A stretch of DNA of 64,000 nt from Haliotis cracherodii (Eukaryota): assembly GCF_022045235.1 (NCBI RefSeq), contig NW_027266308.1:9734001-9798000 (forward strand), written 5' to 3'. Below the pieces are notes generated by a model. That model did not search any database and was not told where the DNA came from. It was given only the letters and a program-made list of their open reading frames with translations. A program made the position numbers and the translations under genes. Below are positions 37,863 through 51,013 of the stretch, one piece after another. Within the stretch, counting starts at the first letter, position 1. Each line of letters begins with the position of its first letter.

Positions 37863-40451
37863 TTGCTTTTCAAGATTGTGCTTACAGTCATGTGCTACCA
37901 TGCTGCAGGTTAACATAGATACGCCACTCAAAACACATTATACCAATTTGAGCCGACCATTCCTTGTTTTATCCCAAGTGCAAGGCAGGGTAACAATATT
38001 TTGCCATTTGTGCAGTGTTCATAAAGCTGTGCAAAGACTTAACAGTAAGACAGTTATAAGCTTTAGAAATCATAAACAGTGCTTTTTAGATTTTGGTTCC
38101 TGCAGATCTGTAACCAATATTAAAAAAAGGTATTCCCTAAAGCTTCCATTAACTGCAGCCAAAGGACCCAAGCAGCTACGAGACAGTCAGTCACAGCAAA
38201 AACAAAAGAAACAAAGGATATATATTAAATCCAATTTATTCATTTCCAAGTGAGAAATGAAATATAAATACATCCTCTTTGAAATGGCGGAGATAATGTA
38301 CAAGCCCGGGACACCATCCAGAGGCTTCAGAGCAAGATAAACACAGTAAAAATGCATATACGACAAGGACACACCTAATATTTCTGCTCCAACAGACAGC
38401 GCACGGCCGTTGACGATGGCATATCCGAGATAACATACTGATGTTAGGTGGTTTGGCAGAAGAATCGTGGCCATCGCATGCTGTGCTTAAAACCATGAGA
38501 TGAGAATTACTTGTGACTTGTTCAATGAAAGGTTTCTTGGTGGTATTTACGATTCCGATGGTTCTTGCGTAATGAAATAATGACATGGAGAGGCGATGTT
38601 TGGCAACATGATGGCTTCAGTTATTGCGACGATACATCTTGTCACGACTAAAAGCGTCGTGATCTCGGAATTTCTTGACATGGTCGTGAACATGAACACA
38701 ATTAATATAAACATCTGACAAAATTAAGTTTTCCCGATTCGTCTACAAATTCAAACGTTTGTCAAATCAGGCTCAACAAAGGGTATTAATTGCACAACAA
38801 GGATCAACAGTTCTGGAGCAATCATCGGGTACTGGTCATCAAGCGACGTGAAGACGTAACAAGTCTAAAACGGCTGACAACACATACTTAACTATCCATG
38901 TTGGGGAACCGTCCACATTGAAAACAAACATTAAGAATAAAATTTCACTCAGCAGTTGATGCCAATAATGGGACATTCACACCCTCCAGGTACAAATGGT
39001 TCTGTGGAGAGTGAATGTAGAAGATGACAGTTATTGCTAGAGCAACAGAAAAAAACTACTTTCCAGACACCCGCTAACACTTCAACAGGACATCCCCCTG
39101 CTTCAACAGGCTAAAGGATGCTAACATTGGCAGAGCATACACTCGTGTACAGAACAAGATGCTTGGTTTGTCTTCCAGCCCTGTGGATGCACTGTGTCTA
39201 GAAAATGCTTTGAGGCTCGACAGATGAAATGATTTAGAATTAGAACTAAAGACAAGTTGGAGGAAAGTAGTAGCAATGGATAAGATGAACATGACAAGGA
39301 AGACAAGAAAGTACTGTGAGATCAAGGGATGGTTGTTCTTCCATACTGTTTACATGTAAACATAAATTGTCTCTGTAACAAAGAAACAGATCTTATTTTG
39401 CATTGTACTATTTCCCTAGTGAGATGTTCCACTACAGCTTCCAGCCAATTGCTTACAATATCGGTCTTGCAACCAGTGGCATAATGTGTTACAAGAATGG
39501 ATGTCCACACTCTCAAAATCTTTATGTCAATAATTTGTAAGGTTGATATAGATAATCGTTGTAGCAGAGTTTCAACCAGCAAGTATTATCAATTGGATTT
39601 ATGTGTTCTCTTGTTTGCTACAACTATTCCATGTATTCTACACAAGTGTCCGAGACCAAATTTTGAAGTTATAACTAGTATGAACATAAATATACAGGTT
39701 CTAAACAGGTTCATAGGATTCAATTATCAAAATAAACCTGTTTATCAACTAGATAAATACTATATCACTCGGACACCCCTCCTTGAAAATATCATCATAA
39801 AGACTGTTAACCGTGAAAACACTGAATAGTTCACAAATTGATTGCACTGAAATCAGAATTACATGGTATATCAACACTCGGCAATCATTTAATGTCAACA
39901 AATTGTTAGTCATAAGCGGATTATGATCGATTTAACAAAATAGCAATGAACACTTATCTGAAAATATACAAATCCTAAGAATAATCATCTGTATCTTTAA
40001 GATTTCTATCTCACTGTCAAAAGTTGTTAAATTCACACCAACTTCAGATTCAAGCATGTACTCATGAGATGAAGCACAATATTTTGTAGTAATCAAAGGC
40101 CTGACTTACATCATCAGCAGATTCAGAGGAGACAGTTCCACATGTCGTGGTGATGACGGACCACAAAACGACTAAGATGATCACAAAGATGTCTGTGTAC
40201 ACTTCACTTGATAAAATATCAAATTAATTATTTGAGAATTTATTGAGAATATTTCACTCAAAGAAACCAAGCCAAAAACAATGCACATACTTATTAAAAA
40301 TGGATAACTTCATGTCAATTTGAAACGTTTCAATACATGCATTCTTAGACTTTATTGATAAATAATCGGTGTTTCTTTAGTGAGCTGGGCTCCATTGATT
40401 GAAGGAGTTTTTCAGTTATATCACAGAATGTTAGCTTAATAACCTTGTGAC

Positions 40452-40880
40452 ATAGGAACACCTTCACCTACTGGGCCACCTTGTTATCAGGTGAATCTGG
40501 GATTCAAACCTGTGGATCCTGGCAGGTGAGGTAGGGAACACCTTCACCCACTGGGCCACCTTGTTATCAGGTGAATCTGGGATTCAAACCTGTGGATCCT
40601 GGCCGGTGAGATAGGCAACACCTTCACCCACTGGGGCACCTTGTTATCAGATGAATCTGGGATTCAAACCTGTGGATCCTGGCAGGTGAGATAGGCAACA
40701 CCTTCAACCTCTGGGCCACCTCGTTATCAGGTGAATCTGGGATTCAAACCCGTGGATCCTGGCAGGTGAGATAGGCAACACCTTCACCCACTGGGCCACC
40801 TTGTTATCAGGAGAATCTGGGATTCAAACCCGCGGATCCTGGCAGGTGAGGTAGGCAACACCTTCACCCACTGGGACACC
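40452..40880 (-). repeat. 80-bp tandem repeat of a tRNA-like Pol III promoter unit
   Basis: About 5.4 units, period exactly 80; each unit has TGGCCCAGTGG and GGTTTGAATCC on the minus strand. Confidence 0.85.
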
Positions 40881-43097
40881 ATGGAGCTAACAGCAAGACC
40901 AAGTGATGACAATGGTCACCGTAGCTACGAAATAGGAAAAATATGAGAGTAATTTATCCAGGACTTGTTTCAAACTAACGTCAAGAAGTAGAGATTGAAT
41001 CTGCAGATGAGTAGGTCAGGCTCTTGTTGGATAATGACCACAATCAAGCAAGTGTCCATGATGGTACAAATGTACACCTCATACATGCATGAAATTATGA
41101 TTTCTTTGAAAGAACACTGGTGCACGCAAGTCACAGCTTTACGTCATATGTTGCAGTAATCAAAGGCTACAACAAAACTCTCGTCAGTGTGCAAAGTGCA
41201 TTGTTATTTACTACTGTCAATCATAAATTATTCTTTAGAATATTCTGGCCTCAAGTTTTAGTTTAAATACCAGTAATTTGTTCATATACACATTCACTGA
41301 TCCCATTTATGTTATTTTGTAAATTTAACTTTCAGATCACAAAAAAATTCATTTTTCAAGTTAAGTAATTTCAATTAAAAGTTAAAAAAACCATAATTAC
41401 ATTGAAAAAATTATAATCTCCCTTTGATCTTTTTAAGACTTATAACATTCTCAATTTGCCACTTGACATAACAGAGAAGTGTTTCAAGACGACATCTTGT
41501 CACTTAAAGCGAGTTTGGCATTTAGCATCTTCATTACTCCAACTACGACGAGGGAGGCACCAAAAACTGGCTCAAACATTGTACATGTTAGGAATTGAAC
41601 CCAGTCCGCAGGGCGACAAGCTAACACCTTGTCAACTTGGCTACCCTTCGCCCATCAGTTTAAGGTGCCTGACTAGAAACAAAACATAAAGACACTTTAC
41701 ACACTGACGACACATGTAGACAACTGCTGGGCAGTACAGTCATCAGATTCACATACATAGCATTAGGGTGAACATCACTTGACATACGATGATCACGAAA
41801 GCCTTCATGGAAGCTGTGCTACTTTCTGTTATGAAGCAATGTTTACCAAAATATTAAGTCTGTCCTCCTCTACCGACACAATTATAAATACTATTACATA
41901 AATAACACTCTGTGTATAAATCTTCGCTCAGTGATCTGAATGTTTAAAGGCCTTTCATTTCATCTATATCACATGATCATATTAAACATGCAGTTTTAAC
42001 TGAAGCTAAACTAAATTAATAAAATGTTGTAGTAACTGCTGAACTGTTTTGTATTTATAACAGACAAATTTCATAGCACTGTTTATAACAAACATATCCA
42101 ACAATATCAGATTCTTGCCGTACAAAGCACACAAAGAGAATGATCGTATTAATGAATAAAGATTTCTAAAAAGTTCATATTCTGTTACAGTGAACTTGGA
42201 TGGAATGCAAGATACATGGTATCAGACCTGACCAGTGATGTAACTAAAATACAGGATTTCATTTCGAGACCACTACCTCAGGAATTACAATAACAAGTTT
42301 ATCAATACCATTATTGATGCAAATGTTATTCCATAAATTTCAATATCTCCAACTACTCGAAAACAAACAGTTCCAAATAGAAGTGCAGCATCATGTAAAT
42401 AAAACCAGTTTAAGTTGACGCTCACATCAGTGAGTGTGGATGGTGATGTGCTGCTATCTGCATTACCGTATTTGCTGTAATAAACAAGCTGGGTGCTAAG
42501 AAACTTGAGGGGGAGCTTATAAAACCATACACAAGAAGTTAATTTTGTTGGCAGAGATCATGAGGTAGTGAACAAATTTAGTTCAAATATTGACGAAAAT
42601 AAAACTTTTTTGATAATAGCTACTAGGCAAATAAATACCCCTTCTTCACTGCTGCACGTCAAAACAAGAAAATAGGGTAAAAGTTTTTGCTTAGTTTGGG
42701 GCATTTTTTAGATAATTTACAGACTCATCTAAAAGTTAATAAGGTGGTGACTATTGGAACAGGATGTTTAACACAGCGAATATGATATTCCAGCCAACTT
42801 GGATACCATGAATGGGTTTAAAACAATGTACCCATCTTGGGAATCTTCTGGTGACAAGGCAACACTTGAACAGCTCGGCTACCACACTACCCCTACACTC
42901 ACACAGAACTTTTGACACAGACATCAAATTTTCTATGACAGCTAACTGCACAATGCATTCATCTCTGATTAAGTTGAATATCTAACTACAAGATACCTCT
43001 GAAATATGTGCAATGATGTATAAATTTCTGCAATACATGTAAATAAATCCTTTATTACATGACACTGTACAAAGAGAGATAAGCACTTTTCTTGTAG

Positions 43098-43340
43098 GGG
43101 TGATGGGGTAGTCTAGTGGTTAAAGCATTCGCTCGTCATGCCCTGGATCTGGGTTCGATTCCCTACATGAGTACAGTTTATGAAGCCCACTTCTGGGCCC
43201 ACTTGCACAAAGCGATCTCAGCGCTAAGACTATTGTAAGCCTATGTTAAAGTATGGGAGTTACGATCATCTTAGCGCTAAGATCGCTTTGTGCAAGCGGG
43301 CCCTGGTGTCCCCGTCATGATATTGCTGGAATATTGCTAA
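43098..43340 (+). mobile_element. SINE family A interrupted by a MITE
   Basis: Head at 43098-43195; tail resumes at 43303. Confidence 0.85.
43196..43302. mobile_element. Palindromic PIF/Harbinger-like MITE inserted into a SINE
   Basis: About 35-bp TIR GGCCCACTTGCACAAAGCGATCT.AGCGCTAAGA; 3-bp TSD CTG duplicated from the SINE sequence TTCTGGTGTC. Confidence 0.8.
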
Positions 43341-43916
43341 AATTGGCATAAAACCATACCCTAACTTTTCTTGCCACACCAATCAGGGAAGGCATCCCAT
43401 GTCAATTCACATTGCAGACCAACATCAAAACATCTATTTCACAATTTCGTCCTATTTGGCAGCCTCTGATAAATATTTAGGTAGATATTAGTGTGAAGGT
43501 AACTAGCATGACAAAGAATTGAGTTGTACTTCTATCCAGCCCAGATACTAGAATGTCAGACACCACTGATCGGATCTGGCCATGAGTTGGTGTTTACAGA
43601 GTCTGCTGAGATGAGATGAAGCATGGCAACGCTATCTGCTCAATTATGACATAAAACATATTAGCTTATCTAGAGTGGATATAATATGACAAAGTAATCA
43701 GGAAAGTATGTACAAAAGATAAAATATAATGCAAGTGATAAAATATCATCTCCAACTGTACTTGACAAACATCAACATAAACCACAGATAGTACCACACA
43801 CAGATCGAGAGAAGGCCTCAACGCTCAACTCTCACTCAACTCAACACTCAACTCATTGTGTCATAAGAAAAACTAAGAAGCAATATTGTATTTTCAACCA
43901 ACTTCGAGAGCATATA

Positions 43917-43998
43917 TACTACTCAAAAGAAGTTAAAGAACACCTGATTAACGATAGTCATATGAAAGAAACATGTTCTTTAACTTCTTTTAGCAGTA
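43917..43998. mobile_element. Very short Tc1-type MITE
   Basis: About 25-bp TIR TACTACTCAAAAGAAGTTAAAGAACA with TA flanks; a related single end at about 45533. Confidence 0.7.
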
Positions 43999-45439
43999 TA
44001 CATGTCTTATTTTCCTTTATAAAGTAAACAATGATCCATATAAAATGTATATTGCAATGTCTTTATATCTTTCAAAGTCATATACTTTAGAGCAAAACTA
44101 AAATTTTCTACCACAATGAGGTAGAGACTTTCTTCTAAAAAGCATATAAAAATGTCTGTCCTTAATTTCATGTAAAAAAAATTCAAAACATTTCACCCTT
44201 CTCAAATAGTCGAGCAAATCAACAGTTACCAAGGGCACAGAATTAATATCACAAGTCTGACTTTTTTCCCCTGAAAAACAACTTTGTTAACAACAATTGA
44301 GCGAGTGACCTTCTGGCAGTTTGTGTGCGGACATGGTGACTTCACTCCAGTAATACCCATAGTAACCATAGCAACAGTGCTCCACACATCACATCTAACC
44401 TGAACTTGGTGCATTGCCGCTACCCAGCGAAATAAACGGTAGGCCAATGAAAGATTAACTACAGTCGTGTGAAAGAAATGTGGTGTTCTGAACTTGTTTT
44501 GAGTGGTACACCATGAGCAGTGTAATAATTTCATAATCAGCATGAACAACCCGTGTCTAGGATTTCAAACTAAGTGCCCTTTGGCACACAAATATGGAAA
44601 GAATATTTACCTAACAACTGGGATTTTTTAAGTTCTTATTTTTTAATTTTAGAGGTATTTCATCCACTGCAATAATGTAAAATGAAACATTAAAGCCTTT
44701 CCTCTATATTGGTCCTGTTATCAGCTATCAACTGATATGAGCTATCAACTATATTAACATGAATTAGAAAATAGTTTAAATAGTGGGAATTACGTCTCAC
44801 ATTTCCTGACTTGGCCGAGTAATGGCCACTGAGCAAGTCTAGATAAATCCCTGAAATCTATATTTACAGTTACACTGGGTGCATCATAGCATGACACACA
44901 CAATTAGTTCTCATGGAAATGTTATCTCTAATGACGAACACTTTCACTGTTATTTATAATATATCAATATTTATCTATAATTAAAGTGCCAAACATTATT
45001 TCCTTTTCTCAGTAATTATCTGTGGGACGAGGGCTATCTCAACTGAAACTGCAATTATTAGTACTCTTGATGTTATTTTTTGCATTTTTCTTACTAAAAT
45101 CTCATATTACAGACCAAAACATACCTTACAGGTATCATTTTCTTATTCATATTAAGGAGATTGACACAAATATACGTCAGCTAGTTTCAATTCAAATCGG
45201 TCAATATTCTGCATTGAAAAAAAATCTGGGTAGCAGACAACAGCACCAGAACAAACTAAGGGAGATAACTGTTGTGTCCCGAAAGGACAAGAAAACCCAT
45301 GACACCATGAACTGACTATCTCTCACCATTAGGAACAACTCTGCTAGCTACATGCTTCCATATTCTGCTACAGTTGGTAGATACGTATCAAAATGTCTAC
45401 TGTACACAAATATCATACATAGCTTACAGAAGGCCTTGG

Positions 45440-45477
45440 TCATACCGGCGTACTCCGCCCTGATTCACTCATGTTTC
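45440..45477 (-). CDS. WDR26: WDR26 probable terminal coding exon
   Basis: Strong acceptor TTGTTTTGTTTCAG, phase 1 compatible, (G)NMSESGRSTPV* with TGA at 45440-45442. Based on splice signals, not strong homology. Confidence 0.7.
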
Positions 45478-46217
45478 CTGAAACAAAACAAAAGGAATGA
45501 TTGTGATGAAATGTCTTCACATCAGCAATACATACTAGTCAAAAGAAGTTAAGGAACACTTAATTCTTTTTTTTACTATAGTAAATCTGTCAAGGGATGT
45601 AAACGGTCAAACGCTAACATCATACCACATGGAGTGTAAATGGTGACAAGATATCCTGCAAACCGCAGCGTTAGAAATTGGCACTAAGACTATAGTCCTT
45701 TCCAAACTGCCAAATGGTTAAGGTATCATAAGGATTAGTAGAAATTTGCCCTTTTTAAGGGTTTGCTATATGTTATCATTTTAAGGACTAGTGGACGAAA
45801 ACTGTTAGTGTCTATCGCTGAAACCATTTTCCGTGTTCTCACAACCTGCATCTAAGATGGCAAATGGGGTTTTAGTGACATCTTAGCAACCTCACCATAC
45901 AATTGAGGTACTGCTTAACAAAGCAATCTTACTTCCTAAACAATCATAGCTCCAGTACTTGAACATAGACATTCAGCTGCCTTAGCACTAAGACTGATTT
46001 ACAGAAGGGGCTGAAAAAGGTAATATCATGAAAAACCGAACACTCTGTATGCAGACCTGCAGACATCGGTATATCAGGAAGTACCACTGGTGCTTAAACT
46101 CACTGAAATGTCACAGCAAGACATTATAACCTGGTTCCACAAAGCAATCGTAGCACCATGAGGACTAACTCCCAAACTTTAACAAAGGCTTATGATTGTC
46201 ACAGTGCAAAGGTCGCT

Positions 46218-47243
46218 TCTGTTGAACACATGCCAGTCATTTCTACTGAACACATTCCAGTCGTACCTACTGAACACATTCTGGTCATATCTACTGAACA
46301 CATTCTAGTCATATCTACTGAACACATACCAGTCATTTCTACTTAACACATCCTAGTCGTAGCTACTGAACACATTCTAGTCGTATCTACTGAACACATT
46401 CTAGTCGTATCTACTGAACACATTCTAGTCGTATCTACTGAACACATTCTAGTTGTATCTACTGAACACATTCTAGTCGTATCTACTGAACACATTCTTG
46501 TCGTATCTACTGAACACATTCTAGTCGTATCTACTGAACACATGCCAGTCGTATCTACTGAACACATTCCAGTCTTATCTACTGAACATATTCTAGTCAT
46601 ATCTACTGAACACATACCAGTCATTTCTACTGAACACATTCTTGTCGTATCTACTGAACACATTCTAGTCATATCTACTGAACACATTCTAGTCATATCT
46701 ACTGAACACATTCTTGTCGTATCTACTGAACACATTCTAGTCGTATCTACTGAACACATTCTAGTCGTATCTACTGAACACATGCCAGTCGTATCTACTG
46801 AACACATTCTTGTCGTATCTACTGAACACATTCTAGTCATATCTACTGAACACATACCAGTCATTTCTACTGAACACATACAAGTCGTAGCTACTGAACA
46901 CATTCTAGTCGTATCTACTGAACACATGCCAGTCGTATCTACTGAACACATTCTTGTCGTATCTACTGAACACATTCTAGTCATATCTACTGAACACTTA
47001 CCAGTCATTTCTACTGAACACATACAAGTCGTAGCTACTGAACACATTCTAGTCGTATCTACTGAACACATTCTAGTCGTATCTACTGAACACATTCTAG
47101 TCGTATCTACTGAACACATGCCAGTTGTATCTACTGAACACATTCTTGTGGTATCTACTGAACACATTCTAGTCGTATCTACTGAACACATTCTAGTCGT
47201 ATCTACTGAACACATTCTAGTCGTATCTACTGAACACATTCCA
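46218..47243. repeat. 24-bp minisatellite (TCGTATCTACTGAACACATTCTAG)n
   Basis: About 42 units in the last WDR26 intron. Confidence 0.97.
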
Positions 47244-47288
47244 GAGAACACTTTCCACCAGTGCAGTAGGAAGAGGGAACAGTCGTAC

Positions 47289-47462
47289 CTATTCTAATTC
47301 TGTCGAGAGGTCCCCATATCCTGACGGTGCCATCATCTGAAGCACTCGCCACCATCCCTGGAAGTTTGGGGTTCCAATGAACACAGTTGACTGTCCGGGC
47401 ATGACCCTCCAACACAGCGATCGGAGACTCGCGCCGGATGTGCCACACGTAAACTTTATGAT
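47289..47462 (-). CDS. WDR26: WDR26 penultimate coding exon (WD40)
   Basis: [58 protein letters not shown]. Donor inferred at AG|GTACGA. Confidence 0.9.
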   Translation of the reverse strand: MIKFTCGTSGASLRSLCWRVMPGQSTVFIGTPNFQGWWRVLQMMAPSGYGDLSTELE

Positions 47463-47708
47463 CTACACAAACAAAATGAAATATTAACAATAATATTCAA
47501 AAATATCCCCAAAATAACTTGGTTTACTAACTAAATATTTCACTGAATAAAAATTAACACAAGGAAAAATTAATAAATTTATTCACTCGTGTTCTTTCTG
47601 AGGAGACGTTGTTTTAAGATCCTGTCGACACCAGTCCACAAGGCCTGACACAAGCTCACTTCTCTTAGAGTCAGGTGAGCTAAGAAGAGATAACCCTGTG
47701 GTACTCAC

Positions 47709-47838
47709 CTTCACTGCCACTGGCGACAAAGTCTTGATTCAAGCCACCAAAACATGAGAATATTGTGTAGAAACCCTGACTGATACCTTGAAATTTGCGC
47801 AGTAATATTTTGTCTTTTAAGTCCCATAAATGGACTCC
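47709..47838 (-). CDS. WDR26: WDR26 coding exon (WD40)
   Basis: [43 protein letters not shown]. 130 nt. Confidence 0.95.
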
Positions 47839-48167
47839 CTGAAAGTGGAAAATGTGTGAAAACTGAGTAGAAGAATATAGCAAAAATACAATTCATAAAA
47901 AATGTTTTCTTGAATTATTCCAACATCTACTTATGTGAAAAGATTAATGACAAGTGTCTGCTAATGAATTGCTTTGATATTTGAGACTTAATCACATACA
48001 CATGATAAATGTAAAATTATTCATTTTTTTCTGCTCATACTGACATTGATCCCCTATTCCTGAAATAGTTACATTTCTGCATGCTCTATTGGCAGGATAA
48101 AACACACATGTGGCTAGGTATCCCGGTAAAGGCATGAGTACCCACCTGTATGATCCGGACAACTTAC

Positions 48168-48246
48168 CTGAGTGGCTACATTGAGTAATGCTAATCTGCC
48201 TGTTTCATTGATTGCGAAAGACATTATGGGATGGTCTTCTTGAATA
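48168..48246 (-). CDS. WDR26: WDR26 coding exon (WD40)
   Basis: [26 protein letters not shown]. 79 nt. Confidence 0.95.
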
Positions 48247-48271
48247 CTGAAACATAAGAAATTCAAAGAAT

Positions 48272-49412
48272 ACATTGAAGTGTGTCAGATCCTACATAGA
48301 CTCACACATTGAAGTGTGTCAGATCCTACATAGACTCATACATTGAAGTGTGTCAGATCCTACATAGACTCACACATTGAAGTGTGTCAGATCCTACATA
48401 GACTCACATATTGAAGTGTGTCAGATCCTACATAGACGCACACATTGAAGTGTGTCAGATCCTACATAGACTCACATATTGAAGTGTGTCAGATCCTACA
48501 TAGACGCACACATTGAAGTGTGTCAGATCCTACATAGACTCACACATTGAAGTGTGTCAGATCCTACATAGGCTCACACATTGAAGTGTGTCAGATCCTA
48601 CATAGACGCACACATTGAAGTGTGTCAGATCCTACATAGACTCACACATTGAAGTGTGTCAGATCCTACATAGACTCACACATCGAAGTGTGTCAGATCC
48701 TACATAGACTCACACATTGAAGTGTGTCAGATCCTACATAGACGCACACATTGAAGTGTGTCAGATCCTACATAGACGCACACATTGAAGTGTGTCAGAT
48801 CCTACATAGACTCACACATTGAAGTGTGTCAGATCCTACATAGACTCACACATTGAAGTGTGTCAGATCCTACATAGACTCACATATTGAAGTGTGTCAG
48901 ATCCTACATAGACTCACACATTGAAGTGTGTCAGATCCTACATAGACTCACACATTGAAGTGTGTCAGATCCTACATAGACTCACATATTGAAGTGTGTC
49001 AGATCCTACATAGACTCACACATTGAAGTGTGTCAGATCCTACATAAACTCACACATTGAAGTGTGTCAGATCCTACATAGACGCACACATTGAAGTGTG
49101 TCAGATCCTACATAGACTCACACATTGAAGTGTGTCAGATCCTACATAGACTCACACATTGAAGTGTGTCAGATCCTACATAGACGCACACATTGAAGTG
49201 TGTCAGATCCTACATAGACTCACACATTGAAGTGTGTCAGATCCTACATAGACTCACACATTGAAGTGTGTCAGATCCTACATAGACTCACATATTGAAG
49301 TGTGTCAGATCATACATAGACTCACATATCGATGTGTTTCAGATCCTACATAGACTCACATGTTGAAGTCTGTCAGATCCTACATAGACTCACATGTTGA
49401 AGTCTGTCAGAT
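48272..49412 (-). repeat. 34-bp minisatellite derived from a WDR26 exon/intron junction
   Basis: Unit on minus strand GATCTGACACACTTCAATGT|GTGAGTCTATGTAG; about 33 units filling almost the whole intron. Confidence 0.97.
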
Positions 49413-49539
49413 CATCAAAGTTGTATCCCCTGATTCGATGGTGTGTATCTGCTGCCAACACTGTCTTGCCGTCTCCTTGGCAACCAAGACACTGGACCCG
49501 AACTCCCTCCCAGTTGTCCAGCACCGTGCCGTCGATATC
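49394..49539 (-). CDS. WDR26: WDR26 coding exon (WD40)
   Basis: [48 protein letters not shown]. 146 nt, donor GTGAGT. Confidence 0.95.
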
Positions 49540-49788
49540 CTGCAACATAGAACATACATACCACATGTACCAATCACCAAACACCATTCGAGGATAGCGT
49601 CACCAGTAACCCAAGGCAATACAGTCCGGGTTTTACTGATGTGGAATGTTGTATCCAATATGGATAAAAGTAACGAATGGATGGAAATATCCACTGAAAG
49701 TCCCACTTGATGCCAAAGATCGATGATTAATTGAAATTAATTCCCATGAAGCATGATTGTAATATTTATCTATATTTCTGTCATTACA

Positions 49789-49958
49789 GTGAGTGAGTGA
49801 GTGAGTATGGTTTTACGCCGCTTTTAGCAATATTCCAGCAATATCACAGCGGGGGACACCAGAAATGGGCTTCACACATTGTACCCATGTCGGGAATCGA
49901 ACCCGGGTCTTCGGTGTGACGAGCGAACGCTTTAACCACTAGGCTACCCGACCGCCCC
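49789..49958 (-). mobile_element. tRNA-derived SINE family A, full length
   Basis: A/B boxes, (CACT)n tail, 11-bp TSD CTGTCATTACA. Confidence 0.92.
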
Positions 49959-50893
49959 CTGTCATTACAAGCATGACAAGTAACACATTAAACATTGAGA
50001 CATGTCCGATAGTCTTCCCTCTATCCCTAAGTCTTGATTCAAACAAGAAAATCCCCATCAATAGCAAGCACAAGGGATCACACACACTTGTATTGTCCCT
50101 GTTCTTACAGCAGTCACAACGGGAACATCATTGTAATGCCAATGTCGAACCAGATGTATGTGGCATGGGGTTTAAGATATGCTTTTCCAATTTTGCACCA
50201 ACATTTTTTATTGCCCATGATAGCATTTTCGTTTTATTGGCACCAAATAACATACTGTATATATATAAATACTGAATCAGTCACAAATGCTAATATCGTC
50301 AAAAAGCTGAATACTCTGTTTGCAGACCAGCCAACATCCAAAGATCAAGAATTACCACTGGTGGGGTAACAACTTATTGAAATGTGATAGTGAGTGAGTG
50401 AGTTCGGTTTTACGCAGCTTTTAGCAATATTCCAGCAATATCACAGCGGGGGACACCTGAAATGAGCTTGTGATAGAAAGACAGAAGTCCCACATATGAA
50501 AATGAATTATCAATATCACACCTTGAGGGTATCGACAAGAGTTTAAGTTTTCAATTCAAGATACACAAAGATTGATGTGACTTCACTTCATTTTTTTGTC
50601 AATACAAAGTAACACTGTAAACATGCTTGTTGTTGTTTAGAGCCGCAATCAGCAATATTCCAGTTAAATGACGGCAGACGGTAAATAATCAAGTCTGGAG
50701 GATCCAGAGATTTATATTTAGTCTATTGACACACAATCCACAAAGTCCCTAAGTCTGAAACCCAATGTATTTGGTAGCCTCCAAACGACCAGTAGAGCTT
50801 GCTATCTACCCTGGCATACCCACTGGGGTGTGTAAAAATAGCAGATCATTCCTTTAGGAAGGCTGCATCACCATGGTAACACGTTTCACTCAC

Positions 50894-51013
50894 ACAAATA
50901 TAGAACTGGCCTCGTGTGCCTCCTGTGACGAACTTCTTGCCGTCCACGTGCCACGACGCACTCGTGAGACTGTCCTCCGGGGATTGACTCAGCTTCTGAC
51001 GTAAATCTCCAGT
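50894..51013 (-). CDS. WDR26: WDR26 coding exon (WD40)
   Basis: [40 protein letters not shown]. 120 nt. Confidence 0.95.

Noticed and set aside
33000-39800. Additional protein-coding gene between CNIH4 and WDR26
   Set aside because: Short ORFs show no recognisable domains or consistent exon structure; a diverged or non-coding gene cannot be excluded without transcript data.
46343-47297. 302-aa MCSVDTTR and 251-aa STEHILVV ORFs
   Set aside because: 24-bp minisatellite in a WDR26 intron.
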